37,161 nucleotides of DNA, taken from positions 1 to 37,161 of the IMG/VR virus record IMGVR_UViG_3300027486_000001; one strand, 5' to 3'. How positions within the stretch are numbered: position 1 is the first letter of the stretch; each line of letters begins with the position of its first letter. The translations under genes and the position numbers were made by a program. This stretch comes from a virus. Shown one piece after another: positions 9,181-18,688 of the stretch. Under the pieces are notes generated by a model. That model saw only the letters and a list, made by a program, of their open reading frames with translations. It was not told where the DNA came from and ran no database searches.

Positions 9181-9288
9181 ATGCCTTTGCCGCAGCAAAT
9201 GCGAGAGCGGATCAGGCAGGAGTCGGAGAGGGCTCGGGCGATGGCTGAAAAGATGCTTAAACCGATGGTCAGCCGGTCAAATAGCTGA
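9181..9288 (+). CDS. Possible micro-ORF (35 aa, charged helical)
   Basis: MPLPQQMRERIRQESERARAMAEKMLKPMVSRSNS. Third-position GC counted by hand is 25/35. That is higher than the overlapping 77-aa frame (about 20/37). The SD is weak (GGGGG, 11 nt upstream). Confidence 0.3.
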   Translation: MPLPQQMRERIRQESERARAMAEKMLKPMVSRSNS

Positions 9289-9329
9289 TCGCTTTGGTGT
9301 CCGCAGTGATGCGCCGCCGGGAGTTTTGA

Positions 9330-10187
9330 ATGAGTACTGAAGAAACCGCACTGCCAGCATCGGGGAATGATTCCCCAGAGGCAAGCGGCCAGCCTAATGC
9401 TGACCAGCTTGCGCAAGCCAATGATGATTCATCTGTGGATGAATCTGGCGCTTCTGACAAGCCAGAAGGCGACGAGGACAAGACCAAGCCAGAAAAAACG
9501 CCTGAAGAACGCGAACGAATCCGCATGCAACGAGGCATCGACCGACGCACTCGCCAGCTTGCAGAAACACGCGCACAAATGCAGCAGCTACAAGAGCAGC
9601 TTGCATCCTTGACAAGCAACCGAATTAAGCCTGACAATCAGGCAACGCATGACGATAGCGAACCTCTATCGCTCACACGCGCACAGATCGATCAGTTGAT
9701 CAAAGCCGAAGCCCAAAAGCTCGCACCGACACTGAAGGATCAAGCGGCGGAAGTTGAGCGACGCCAGGGTGTGATCCAGTCGCTTGCAAAGACGTGGGGA
9801 CAAGAGCGATTCGACGAACTTTCATCAGATCTTGATGACGCGTTTGGCGGGTTGTCAGACAGCAGTGGTCGGCCCAAGCCTGCAATTGAAGCTGTCTTTG
9901 AATCCGACGAACCCGCCAAGGTTATTGAATATCTCGCGGACCCAGACAACGCTGACGAAGCCGAACGCATCGCACGCATGAGCGCTATTCAGGCAGGCAA
10001 AGCAATCGCCCGCCTTGAAGACAAGCTCAAAGAACTTGCGAAGAAAGGTAAGCCGCAGCCGTCAAAACAACCTCCACCGCTCGAAAGCGTGCGCGGCCAA
10101 GGCGGAGCCCCGAAAGGGCCAAGCCCAAGCGACACAAAAGCATGGATCGCGTGGCGTAACGAGCAAGAACGCAAGGGTCTAGCCTGA
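9330..10187 (+). CDS. Scaffolding protein
   Basis: 285 aa with an acidic low-complexity N terminus and long charged helical/coiled segments (RERIRMQRGIDRRTRQLAETRAQMQQLQEQLASL). It lies immediately upstream of the coat gene, with GGGAG 6 nt before the ATG. Confidence 0.7.
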   Translation: MSTEETALPASGNDSPEASGQPNADQLAQANDDSSVDESGASDKPEGDEDKTKPEKTPEERERIRMQRGIDRRTRQLAETRAQMQQLQEQLASLTSNRIKPDNQATHDDSEPLSLTRAQIDQLIKAEAQKLAPTLKDQAAEVERRQGVIQSLAKTWGQERFDELSSDLDDAFGGLSDSSGRPKPAIEAVFESDEPAKVIEYLADPDNADEAERIARMSAIQAGKAIARLEDKLKELAKKGKPQPSKQPPPLESVRGQGGAPKGPSPSDTKAWIAWRNEQERKGLA

Positions 10188-10237
10188 CCCGCAAATTCAT
10201 CACTTTCTAACGCCGCGATGGCGCTGAAGGACACAAA

Positions 10238-11512
10238 ATGGCAAACGCACTGGTTACCTCGACCGTCATCACGAATGAGGTTCTTCGCATCGCTCACAAC
10301 GCTTCTGCGTTTTTGGGCAACGTCAACACCGACTACAAAGAGGCATGGACTGGCGACGTCAAGCCCGGATCTACAGTCAAGGCTCGCGCACCTGTTCAGT
10401 TTACACACCGCGATGGCGAAACCGCCAACGTTCAGGACATCACTGAACGCTCGGTTGATGTGGCTTTGCAGCCTCTGCTGGGTCTGGATTTTGCAGTTGG
10501 CTCGACTGAGTTGACATCCTCCGTTGGCAGCAATGGCAGCGTGGATAAGGCGTTCAAAGAGCGATACCTCAAGCCAGCCGGTTTGAAGTTGGCTGCTCTG
10601 CTGGATTACCGCATCGGCACGCTGATGAAGAACGGTTTCCATCAGATGGTCGGCACACCCGGCACGCCTCCATCGACCTTTGCTGACCTGCTGAACGCTG
10701 GCGTGCCTCTGGATCGCATGAGCGTTCCTCGTGATGGTATGCGCATGGCTGCAATCGAGCCTGGCGCTAACGCTTCTATCGTTGCTGGCCTGTCTGGCCT
10801 GTTCAACAACAAGGAAGTGTTGGGCGAGCAGTACAAAACCGGCGTCATCAAAACCGGCGCGGGCTTGGATCTGGTTATGAGCCAGAACGTACCAAGCCAC
10901 ACGGTTGGCCCATTGGGCGGCACGCCTCTGATCAACGGTGCAAACCAAGGTTTGATTAACTCTGGCGCGACCGATAACCCATACGCTGCGACTACTTCGC
11001 TGGTCACTGATGGATGGACTGCTGCGGCTGCTGCACGCTTGAACCAAGGCGACACATTCACCATCGCTGGCGTGTTCTCTGTCAACCCAGAGACAAAGGC
11101 CAGCACTGGTGTCCTGCAATCGTTCCTGGTGACTGCAAACGTGTCGTCTGACGCTGGCGGTAACGCCACTGTTGTGATCAGCCCCGCGATCATCGCTGGT
11201 GGTGCATATCAGAACGTGACTGCCCGCCCTGCTGACAACGCAGCTATCACCATCACCTCGGGCGCTGCCAACACGACCTACACCAACAACTTGGTTTGGC
11301 ATCGTGATGCTGTGACCTTCGTGTCTCCTAAGCAGGAATTGCCTGGCGGTATGGACATGGCCTATCAAGCATCCTTGGCCGATGAGGGTGGTGTGTCTCT
11401 GCGATTCGTTCGCGGCTTTGACATCACGAACAACAAGTTCGTGAGCCGCTTTGACATCTTGTGGGGTGCTGCGGTGACCTTGCCTAACTTCGGCGTGCGT
11501 CGCACCAACTGA
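10238..11512 (+). CDS. Major capsid (coat) protein, P22 gp5-like
   Basis: 424 aa, following the scaffold, with an AAGGA RBS. The frame contains no TTA/CTA/TCA codons, which is why the codon-aligned antisense strand stays open for 513 aa and implies strong codon bias. The C-terminal half (GDTFTIAGVFSVNPET...VVISPAII...LVWHRDAVTFVS) resembles the P22 coat topology by eye. A hairpin lies downstream. Confidence 0.85.
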   Translation: MANALVTSTVITNEVLRIAHNASAFLGNVNTDYKEAWTGDVKPGSTVKARAPVQFTHRDGETANVQDITERSVDVALQPLLGLDFAVGSTELTSSVGSNGSVDKAFKERYLKPAGLKLAALLDYRIGTLMKNGFHQMVGTPGTPPSTFADLLNAGVPLDRMSVPRDGMRMAAIEPGANASIVAGLSGLFNNKEVLGEQYKTGVIKTGAGLDLVMSQNVPSHTVGPLGGTPLINGANQGLINSGATDNPYAATTSLVTDGWTAAAAARLNQGDTFTIAGVFSVNPETKASTGVLQSFLVTANVSSDAGGNATVVISPAIIAGGAYQNVTARPADNAAITITSGAANTTYTNNLVWHRDAVTFVSPKQELPGGMDMAYQASLADEGGVSLRFVRGFDITNNKFVSRFDILWGAAVTLPNFGVRRTN

Positions 11513-11521
11513 TGACGGGTT

Positions 11522-11550
11522 GCCAGCCATCCGCTCCTATGGCTGGCTTT
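11522..11550 (+). terminator. Hairpin after the coat gene (attenuator/terminator-like)
   Basis: GCCAGCCAT (11522-11530), an 8-nt loop, then ATGGCTGGC (11539-11547) form a perfect 9-bp stem. Only TTT follows. Confidence 0.5.
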
Positions 11551-11595
11551 GGGTGGGGCGCATAACGTGCTCCACCCAATTTTCAGGTGATTTGA

Positions 11596-11820
11596 ATGTA
11601 TCCACTGAACATGCAATTGACGGCCCCCAGTATTGGGTTCGCTGTTGCCAATGACAAGGCCGAACACATCGCATTGACTGCGATTGGCTATGAACCTGGA
11701 TATGTGTCGGATGCGGTCCAGACAAAAGAGTCTGTGATGGCTTTGCTTGATGCCGCTGGCATTGAGTACGACAAGCGTTTAGGTGTTGAAAAGCTGGCTG
11801 CTTTGCTGCCAAAGGATTGA
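11596..11820 (+). CDS. Small virion-associated hypothetical protein (74 aa) with a C-terminal HeH/SAP-like motif
   Basis: The ORF follows the coat hairpin. Its C terminus (ESVMALLDAAGIEYDKRLGVEKLAALL) looks like the helix-extension-helix motifs common in phage head genes. Confidence 0.6.
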   Translation: MYPLNMQLTAPSIGFAVANDKAEHIALTAIGYEPGYVSDAVQTKESVMALLDAAGIEYDKRLGVEKLAALLPKD

Positions 11821-11821
11821 T

Positions 11822-12472
11822 GTGACACGCGCACTTGACATCATCACAGACGCATACGAGCGTTGCAACAGATTGAGCCCCGGCGAAGTGCTGGGCGCAG
11901 ACGATGCCGCCTTTGGCTTGCGTCGCCTCAATATGTTGGTTGATGAGTTGAGCGCGATGTCATTGAGCCTGTTCCGTGACGTTCTGACGAGCGCCGCGCA
12001 GACAGGGAACATTACGTTGGGTGCTGGTTCATGGGCTTCTATCTCGCCTGGATCGCAGATCATCAGCGCAGCATGTGACAACCTGCCATTAGAGCCGATC
12101 ACGGTCCAGCAATACAACGAGAAGTACCGCCCATTCACAACCGGAAGACCGTCTGTTTATGCCCATGATGGGTTTGCAACGATCTACCTGCTTCCATCTC
12201 CAACAGGCCAAACAGTCACGCTGCAAACGCGCAGCACTGTTGCCGAGTTCGCAGATCAAACGACAGACTACACATTGCCGGACGGTTGGGCTAATGCACT
12301 TGGCGCGGCTCTGGCTGTTCGCATTGCTCCTAACATCCTTGGGCAGGTTCCCCAAATTCTACTGAATGCTGAATCAAAGGCTTTGGGCGCTGTTGATAAG
12401 TACGAGCCTGCAATCATTGACGTCCCCAGCTACAGCGGAGCGCGTGCGGTGTACCCGGCGCGGTTGTTCTGA
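11822..12472 (+). CDS. Head-to-tail adaptor candidate (P22 gp4-like position)
   Basis: GTG at 11822 lies 1 nt after the upstream stop, with AAGGA 5 nt upstream (the track start at 11783 is also GTG). 216 aa. It is coupled to the next gene by TGATG at 12470-12474. The call rests on synteny with P22-like head-completion genes. Confidence 0.55.
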   Translation: MTRALDIITDAYERCNRLSPGEVLGADDAAFGLRRLNMLVDELSAMSLSLFRDVLTSAAQTGNITLGAGSWASISPGSQIISAACDNLPLEPITVQQYNEKYRPFTTGRPSVYAHDGFATIYLLPSPTGQTVTLQTRSTVAEFADQTTDYTLPDGWANALGAALAVRIAPNILGQVPQILLNAESKALGAVDKYEPAIIDVPSYSGARAVYPARLF

Positions 12473-13848
12473 TGGCGGGATCTCCATACGTCAAATGCGT
12501 CGGGCCAAGCTATCACTTGGCTGACCGCAAGGCTGCGGTTCAAACGGCTGTAAATTGCTATCCGATGCGGTTGGACGGTGATAACTGGATGCTGGCCGCA
12601 ACGCCTGGTGAAGTCCAGATTGCAGACCTAGGCGCGGAAATTCGCGGATCTCGTGTCGTGAATGGCCGGTGGTTTGTTGTCGCTGGGTCTACCTTGTACG
12701 AGGTCACAGAATCAGGCTCATCTACATCACGCGGGACGATTGGCAGTGCATCTGGCTATGTCGGAATGGCGCACAACAAAACCCAGATGGCGATTGTTGA
12801 TGGCGGGTCGCTATACATCTTTGCGCTTGACACAAACACGCTGACGCCCATTACATCTGAAGGGTGGCGCGGATCGCGTGATGTGCATGAGCTGGACGGG
12901 TATTTCGTCTTTGTTGATCCTGACACCGATCAGTTCTACCTATCCGCAATTGATGACGGTACATCATTGGATGCGCTTGACTTCAGCAGCGCAGATTCAA
13001 GCCCTGATGACATCGTCACACATCATGTAAGCCATCGTCAGTTGTGGCTCTTTGGCGACCTGTCTACCGAAATCTGGATTGACTCTGGGGATCTGGCTTT
13101 CCCATTCGTTCGTTATTCGTCATACACCATCGACGTTGGGATCGTAGGCCCTCGCGCTGTCATTCGTGCTGCTGACACCTTGTTCTGGATCGGCAAGACC
13201 GACAGGGGCGAGGGCCTTGTTTACATGGCGTCAGGTAATCAGCCCCAGCGCGTCAGCACAAAGGCCGTTGAGGAGGCTTTGCGGGCGTCTAGTGACCTAG
13301 CTGGCGCATCGATGTGGACTTACCAGATAGATGGGGCCGAGTTCGTTGGAGTCACTGCGCCAGGCATGTCCAGCACTTGGGTTTTCGACGCTGCATCTCA
13401 GCAATGGCACGAGCGGGCAGAGTGGGCCGATGGGTGGGCCCCGCTTCAGTCTGGGTTCGTGACATCGCTCAACGGCAACCACTACGCAGGCACGAGCGCA
13501 GGCAAGTTGGTGCGCCTTGATGTTGACGCCAATAACCTAAACGGTCGTCCATTGGTTCGTGAGCGTACATGGCCTCACATGACTCATCCAAGCGCAGAGC
13601 CGATCACATATTGTGGCGTTGAGTTGCAAATGAAGACGGGCAGCGGTGGCAATGTCACGCTAGAGATCAGCAACGATGGTGGGGCGACATTTGGACCGCC
13701 TTTGCTTCGCTCGCTTGGTGCAGTTGGTCGGTTTATGCAGCGCGTTCGCTGGCTTGGTCTTGGTACAGCATTCAATCGGGTGTTCCGCATCCGATGCTCA
13801 GATGATGTGCCATTTGCAATCCATTCGGCAACGGTGGACACGCTATGA
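12472..13848 (+). CDS. Tail hub / packaged-DNA stabilisation protein candidate (P22 gp10-like)
   Basis: 458 aa, close to the roughly 470 aa of gp10. The N-terminal pattern (NCYPMRL...PGEVQIADLGAEIRGSRVVNGRWFVVAGSTLYEV) is consistent with that family as I recall it. Synteny agrees. Confidence 0.55.
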   Translation: MAGSPYVKCVGPSYHLADRKAAVQTAVNCYPMRLDGDNWMLAATPGEVQIADLGAEIRGSRVVNGRWFVVAGSTLYEVTESGSSTSRGTIGSASGYVGMAHNKTQMAIVDGGSLYIFALDTNTLTPITSEGWRGSRDVHELDGYFVFVDPDTDQFYLSAIDDGTSLDALDFSSADSSPDDIVTHHVSHRQLWLFGDLSTEIWIDSGDLAFPFVRYSSYTIDVGIVGPRAVIRAADTLFWIGKTDRGEGLVYMASGNQPQRVSTKAVEEALRASSDLAGASMWTYQIDGAEFVGVTAPGMSSTWVFDAASQQWHERAEWADGWAPLQSGFVTSLNGNHYAGTSAGKLVRLDVDANNLNGRPLVRERTWPHMTHPSAEPITYCGVELQMKTGSGGNVTLEISNDGGATFGPPLLRSLGAVGRFMQRVRWLGLGTAFNRVFRIRCSDDVPFAIHSATVDTL

Positions 13849-14411
13849 CCAATGCACTGACATTGCCACAAGCCCGCATCCCATTGGGTTGGGTAAACCT
13901 GCCGGGTCAGCGGTTGCCTGTTTCGATTGACATCGAATGGATGCGTGCACTGATCGGCATGTATCAGCGAATTGGCGGTGTTTCGGCTCCGACCAACAAT
14001 GAGCTTGACAACAATTTGCAATTCGATGTGCGCGAGTCTGAGGCGGCGGAATTGTCCAAGCGTCTGAACGACTTGGAACGACTGTTTCACATCTCGGACA
14101 CCTCGGCGGCAATGGCGCAGGTTTCGGAGTTGCTCAAAAACACTGGCGCATCGATCACAGAAGCCGAGATTGACCTTGGTTCAACCCCTCGCAAGTCATT
14201 CCGCGTGACCGTAACAGACCAGGCTATCAGCCCAGCCTCAAAGGTGATTGTTTCAGCTTCAGGAAATGCGGCAACAGGTCGCGGCCTTGATGACTGGGAA
14301 TGGGATTCGGCTGATTTCTCAGCAAAACCAGCAGCAGGGTCTATGACTCTTTACGCACGCTTTACCGGGCACGTTTCCGGCAAACGCAAGATTAACTACA
14401 TGGTGGCTTAA
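13845..14411 (+). CDS. Tail-associated structural protein, unknown function (188 aa)
   Basis: ATGA overlap upstream and TAATG overlap downstream. It has a short coiled segment (ESEAAELSKRLNDLERLFH). Confidence 0.6.
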   Translation: MTNALTLPQARIPLGWVNLPGQRLPVSIDIEWMRALIGMYQRIGGVSAPTNNELDNNLQFDVRESEAAELSKRLNDLERLFHISDTSAAMAQVSELLKNTGASITEAEIDLGSTPRKSFRVTVTDQAISPASKVIVSASGNAATGRGLDDWEWDSADFSAKPAAGSMTLYARFTGHVSGKRKINYMVA

Positions 14412-15820
14412 TGGCATACGTAGAAGACGGCTCGGCCATTGCAGGCGGTGCAGCGGTTGACTCTAACCACAACCTCAAGGTAACCAACCCGACAAGCTCC
14501 AGCCAGGCTGGCTATGTGGCATTGGCTGGGGTAATTGATGCCAATCGCTCGGTGACTATCCCGATCAGCGCATCTACTCAGGGTCTATTGGGTACTGGTC
14601 AGGCGTCGATTGACTGGGAAGAAGGCTTTTCGGCTTCGGCCATCAGCCCTTCTAAGTGGTCGCAGGTTTTGACGACCATGACAACCAGCGTTTCCAACAA
14701 TGCGGTTGTGCTGAACGCTGGTAGTTCGTTGGCCTCTGGTGCGGTTGCTCGTTTGGTTTCTTGGCGTACTGCTGAAACCCCTCGCGGCGCAGATCGAATC
14801 ATCGGCTGGCGGGCAATGATGCCTAACCTTATTGCTGGCGCGATCACTGAATTGGGCATGTTCACGGCCTCTGGTGTGACGTCCCCAACTGGTGGCGCGT
14901 TCTTCCGGTACGCAGCAGACGGCACATTGCGCGGCGTGATTATCTCGATCTCTGGGTCAGAGAACACAACCGCAGTCATCCCAACCCCCACCCTAGGGGT
15001 GGCCCATGACTATGTGATTCTGATCGGTAAAACGTCGGTCATCTTCCAAATCGATGATGTCGTTGTGGGGATCATCTCGCTGGGCGACACATCCCCAAGC
15101 CCTGTCACTTCTGAATCTGGCCCGTTCTGCGCACGCCTGTACAACTCATCGGCAACAGCTTCGGCTCAGTTGGTCTACTTGTACCGATCTGTTGGCGCGT
15201 ACTACGGCGGCAACTATGGCTACACACGGCCTTTCCTTGCGGCATTGGGTGGTGATGTTGGCTCGCAAGGCGTAGTCGGTGGGTCTACCGGATCACTGGC
15301 TAACTATGCAAACTCGGCTGCACCTGCATCTGCAACCCTTAGCAACACGGCAGCAGGGTACACAACGCTAGGCGGTCAGTTCCAGTTTGCTGCGGTAGCT
15401 GGGGCTGAAACAGACTACGCCCTGTTTGCCTTCCAAGTCCCTGCGCAGACTGCGACAAACCAAGGGCGCACGCTACTGGTCCACGGTGTCACGATTGACA
15501 CGTTCAACACGGTTGCTGCTGTAGCCACTACGGCAACTGTATTGCAATGGGCTGTCGGGTATGACTCATCAGCCGTGTCCCTTGCAACGGCAGACGCAGC
15601 AGCGGCAAAGGCTCGGCGCGTTGTTCCGGTTGGTGTTCAGTCATTCGCAGTTGGTGCTGCGGCTGGCGCTCAGGCAGCAAGTCTGAATGTCAAGTTCGCG
15701 CAGCCATTGCCCATCAACGCTGGCAACTACTTCCATGTGATTTTGAAGATGCCAATTGGCACCGCCACGGCTACGGAAATCTTCCGTGGCCTGGTCGGCA
15801 TTGACGCAACCTGGGAATAA
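14411..15820 (+). CDS. Virion structural protein, unknown function (469 aa, Ala/Gly/Ser/Thr-rich beta-type)
   Basis: Long ORF within the coupled structural operon. Its composition is typical of fibre or jelly-roll structural proteins. Confidence 0.65.
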   Translation: MAYVEDGSAIAGGAAVDSNHNLKVTNPTSSSQAGYVALAGVIDANRSVTIPISASTQGLLGTGQASIDWEEGFSASAISPSKWSQVLTTMTTSVSNNAVVLNAGSSLASGAVARLVSWRTAETPRGADRIIGWRAMMPNLIAGAITELGMFTASGVTSPTGGAFFRYAADGTLRGVIISISGSENTTAVIPTPTLGVAHDYVILIGKTSVIFQIDDVVVGIISLGDTSPSPVTSESGPFCARLYNSSATASAQLVYLYRSVGAYYGGNYGYTRPFLAALGGDVGSQGVVGGSTGSLANYANSAAPASATLSNTAAGYTTLGGQFQFAAVAGAETDYALFAFQVPAQTATNQGRTLLVHGVTIDTFNTVAAVATTATVLQWAVGYDSSAVSLATADAAAAKARRVVPVGVQSFAVGAAAGAQAASLNVKFAQPLPINAGNYFHVILKMPIGTATATEIFRGLVGIDATWE

Positions 15821-15822
15821 GC

Positions 15823-16158
15823 ATGGCACTAAGCATCAAACGGCTAGTCCCCGGATCGATCCTGACTGGATCGGTTGCAACTTACTACACATGCCCGGCT
15901 AACAAGTACGCGATTTTGAAAAGCCTGACGGTTGCCAACTCTACTGGTGCGGCGGTTTCTGTGTCCCTGTATTTGGTGCCTGATGGCGCTACAGCATCGG
16001 CTGCTTATCTGATCCGTCCTCCTCGCTTGATCGATGTGAACGAGTCCTACACATGCCCAGAGGCTGTGAATCAAGCCATTGAAGGCGGTGGCACCTTGCA
16101 GGCTATTGGACCAGGGCTGACGCTGATCGTTTCTGGGGCTGAGGGGGTGAACGCATGA
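15823..16158 (+). CDS. Small structural/assembly protein (111 aa)
   Basis: It starts 2 nt after the upstream stop, and its stop overlaps the next start (ATGA). Confidence 0.6.
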   Translation: MALSIKRLVPGSILTGSVATYYTCPANKYAILKSLTVANSTGAAVSVSLYLVPDGATASAAYLIRPPRLIDVNESYTCPEAVNQAIEGGGTLQAIGPGLTLIVSGAEGVNA

Positions 16159-16616
16159 AGACTGATGTTGCGCGCATAAACATGCACGATCCAATTGACA
16201 GTCTGCAATCCGAATTGGCAAAACTGCCTCAGTACGAGCCAGTTACTACGCACCACTTTCATGGTGGCATTTATTGCCGAGAGGTTTGGCGAGATGCTGG
16301 GGTTCTAGTTATTGGCAAGGTCCACAAAAAAGCGCACTTCTACGAGATCGTTAGCGGTACGGTGCAGGTCACAAACGATGGCGGGAAAGCTGAACAGATG
16401 ACTGGTCCTGTGCTTATCAAATGCAACCCAGGAACAAAAAGGGCCGTCCTTGCATTGACGCCGGTGCTTTGTCGGACATTCCATGCGACCGATGCAGATA
16501 CCGTTGAATCTGCTGAGTCTCAGCTTGTAGAGGAAGACAACTCAAGCATGTATTCGGTTGGAAATTCTGTCATTGACAGATTGGCTAGTCAAAACAAAAT
16601 GGAGGTACTGCCATGA
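16155..16616 (+). CDS. Cupin-like beta-barrel protein (153 aa) within the tail/ejection module
   Basis: HHFHGGIYCREVWRDAGVLVIGKVHKKAHFYEIVSGTVQV resembles a cupin motif 1-type arrangement. Coupled at both ends. Confidence 0.5.
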   Translation: MKTDVARINMHDPIDSLQSELAKLPQYEPVTTHHFHGGIYCREVWRDAGVLVIGKVHKKAHFYEIVSGTVQVTNDGGKAEQMTGPVLIKCNPGTKRAVLALTPVLCRTFHATDADTVESAESQLVEEDNSSMYSVGNSVIDRLASQNKMEVLP

Positions 16617-17302
16617 CATTTTGGGCAGCGGGCGCAATAGTTGGTTCTGCCGTAATTGGCGGAGTTCTGCAATCAAATGCAGCAGGAGATGCCGCAGACG
16701 CGCAGAGAGAAGGCACTGCGGCTAGCGTTGGAGAACAGCGCCGCCAGTTTGACCTAACCCGCGAGGACTATAAGCCATTCCGTGAATCTGGCGTTCGTGC
16801 TCTGGGTCAGCTCGAGACTGACATCAATGCGCCTGTTACATCTGCTGATGTCATGGCAGACCCTGGTTATCAGTTTGGTCTGAAGCAAGGTCAGCTTGGT
16901 CTTGATCGTAAGGCGGCGGCATCTGGTGGGCGAGTATCTGGCGCGGCATTGAAGTCGGCTGCTGAGTATGCGACAAACTATGCATCGACTGGTTACGGCG
17001 CTGCATACCAACGCAGACAAGACCGTTTGAATCGCCTTGCATCATTGGCTGGATTAGGTCAGACGGCAACAGGAGGTAGTGCTGCGGCTGGTCAGAGTTC
17101 GGCCAATGCTATCAGCGGTGCTCTGAGTTCTCAGGGCGATGCAACAGGCGCGGCCCGCATGGCTAAAGGCAACATCTGGGGTAACACTGTCAACCAGTTG
17201 GGCGCGGTTGCGTCGAAGTGGGCTAGTACACCGTCATCTAATCCATTTGGCGCTGACCAGTACGGCAACGCCTTCACAAACGAAGACATCATGTTTAACT
17301 GA
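16613..17302 (+). CDS. Internal virion / DNA-ejection protein candidate (229 aa)
   Basis: N-terminal hydrophobic helix (FWAAGAIVGSAVIGGVLQ) followed by a Gly/Ala/Ser-rich body. It is the first of three consecutive such genes upstream of the tailspike, as in P22-like podoviruses. Confidence 0.6.
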   Translation: MTFWAAGAIVGSAVIGGVLQSNAAGDAADAQREGTAASVGEQRRQFDLTREDYKPFRESGVRALGQLETDINAPVTSADVMADPGYQFGLKQGQLGLDRKAAASGGRVSGAALKSAAEYATNYASTGYGAAYQRRQDRLNRLASLAGLGQTATGGSAAAGQSSANAISGALSSQGDATGAARMAKGNIWGNTVNQLGAVASKWASTPSSNPFGADQYGNAFTNEDIMFN

Positions 17303-17308
17303 GGCACT

Positions 17309-18688
17309 ATGGCAAACGCAAACCTATTCCAGCAGTATTTGCAGCCAGTTCGCTCGGTGACTGACTACGCTGCTGACCTTGACAAAGCAGAAGGCAATCA
17401 GCTTGCTTTGCAAGGCCAGCGCAGGCAAAACGAGTTGTCGGCATTGACAGCAGATCAAGCTCGCCAAAAGATCGCATCGGATACAGAAGATCGCAACGCA
17501 TTGCAGCGCCTTGCAGCAACATGGGGCAGCGACACGACGCTAGATCAGCGCGTTGCATCCTTGCGCAACTCTGGCCGATCCTCACTGATGCAACAGGCTG
17601 ATGCGCTTGAAAAGCAGGGCCTCGAAAAGCAAAGGGTAGGCGCAGAGGTCTCCGAGAAGAAATCAAAGCTGATTGATGATCGGCTGAAGCAGTCCTACGC
17701 ATTGCTGTCGCAAGTTCAAACGCCAGAGCAGTACATTGCATGGCACGAAGGCAACCATGCTGACCATGTAATTGGCCCACTGCTTCAGTCTCGCGGTATC
17801 ACGGCAGATCAGGCAAGGGCAAATATTGCAGATGCCATGAAGCAGCCGGGGGGGCTTGAAAAACTGATCCTCAAGTCTGGCATTGGTCTGGAAAAGTTCG
17901 CAGAGAACCAGCGTCTGCTTGCTGCCCAAAATGAAACTGGCCGTCACAACAAAGCGGTAGAAGCTAATGCAGCCGGGCAATTGTCTGTGGCTCGTGACCG
18001 CCTTGCTTATGACAAGAGCCAGCCAAAGGGGCAGATTGTTCAGGCTGATCAGGGTATGGTTTTGGTTGACCCAAGGACTGGTAAATCAACACCCATAACT
18101 GCGCCAGATGGAACGCCACTGGCTCCAAAGTTGAAAGACCTGCCAACAGCAGCAAGCGCTGCGATTATGAGTAACGCTCAAGGCATCAACAAGGTCCAGC
18201 AGGCTATTGACTTGCTTGATGGAAATGACGTTGGCGCACTAAAGGGAGACTCAAACGCAACAGGATGGAAGGCGTATGCCCCTCAAGCACTTTTGAATCG
18301 TGCTGATCCTGGCGGCGTTGATACGCGGGCAATGATTACAGACATCGGTTCTCTGATCTTGCATGACCGGAGTGGCGCAGCAGTTACGGCCTCTGAAACG
18401 CCGCGCCTTTTGCCGTTCATTCCACTGCCGACAGACGACAGGGAGACTGCCCGCAAGAAGCTAACTCGCTTCAAGCAGATCTATGAGCAAGAGCAGCAAG
18501 CCTATCTTGATACATACAGCAAAGATCAAGGGTACAAGACGCCAAAGGTGCCGCAGCCAGCAACCCCAAAAGCCACAAGCAAAACAGTCCCCAAGTCAAA
18601 TAACAAGGGGTGGACTTTGCACGAAGATGCAAACGGCAACAAGGCCTATGTAAGCCCTGACGGCAAACAATTTGAAGAGGTGAAGTGA
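17309..18688 (+). CDS. Internal virion / DNA-ejection protein candidate (459 aa, coiled-coil rich)
   Basis: Long charged helical N half and a Pro/Lys-rich C terminus. Called from its position in the ejection-protein block. Confidence 0.6.
   Translation: MANANLFQQYLQPVRSVTDYAADLDKAEGNQLALQGQRRQNELSALTADQARQKIASDTEDRNALQRLAATWGSDTTLDQRVASLRNSGRSSLMQQADALEKQGLEKQRVGAEVSEKKSKLIDDRLKQSYALLSQVQTPEQYIAWHEGNHADHVIGPLLQSRGITADQARANIADAMKQPGGLEKLILKSGIGLEKFAENQRLLAAQNETGRHNKAVEANAAGQLSVARDRLAYDKSQPKGQIVQADQGMVLVDPRTGKSTPITAPDGTPLAPKLKDLPTAASAAIMSNAQGINKVQQAIDLLDGNDVGALKGDSNATGWKAYAPQALLNRADPGGVDTRAMITDIGSLILHDRSGAAVTASETPRLLPFIPLPTDDRETARKKLTRFKQIYEQEQQAYLDTYSKDQGYKTPKVPQPATPKATSKTVPKSNNKGWTLHEDANGNKAYVSPDGKQFEEVK

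Noticed and set aside
9107-9340. A 77-aa + strand ORF filling the beta-helix/scaffold gap
   Set aside because: It is Cys/Arg/Ser-rich. Hand-counted third-position GC (about 20/37 over the shared stretch) is lower than that of the overlapping 35-codon frame (25/35). No SD was seen. It is kept only as a remote alternative.
9989-11530. A 513-aa ORF on the minus strand covering the whole coat gene and the end of the scaffold gene
   Set aside because: Its codons are exactly phase-aligned with the coat codons (both start at positions congruent to 2 mod 3). It therefore stays open simply because the coat gene avoids TTA, CTA and TCA. The product is Arg/Ser/Cys/Ala-rich with no protein-like pattern and no RBS, so it is a shadow ORF.
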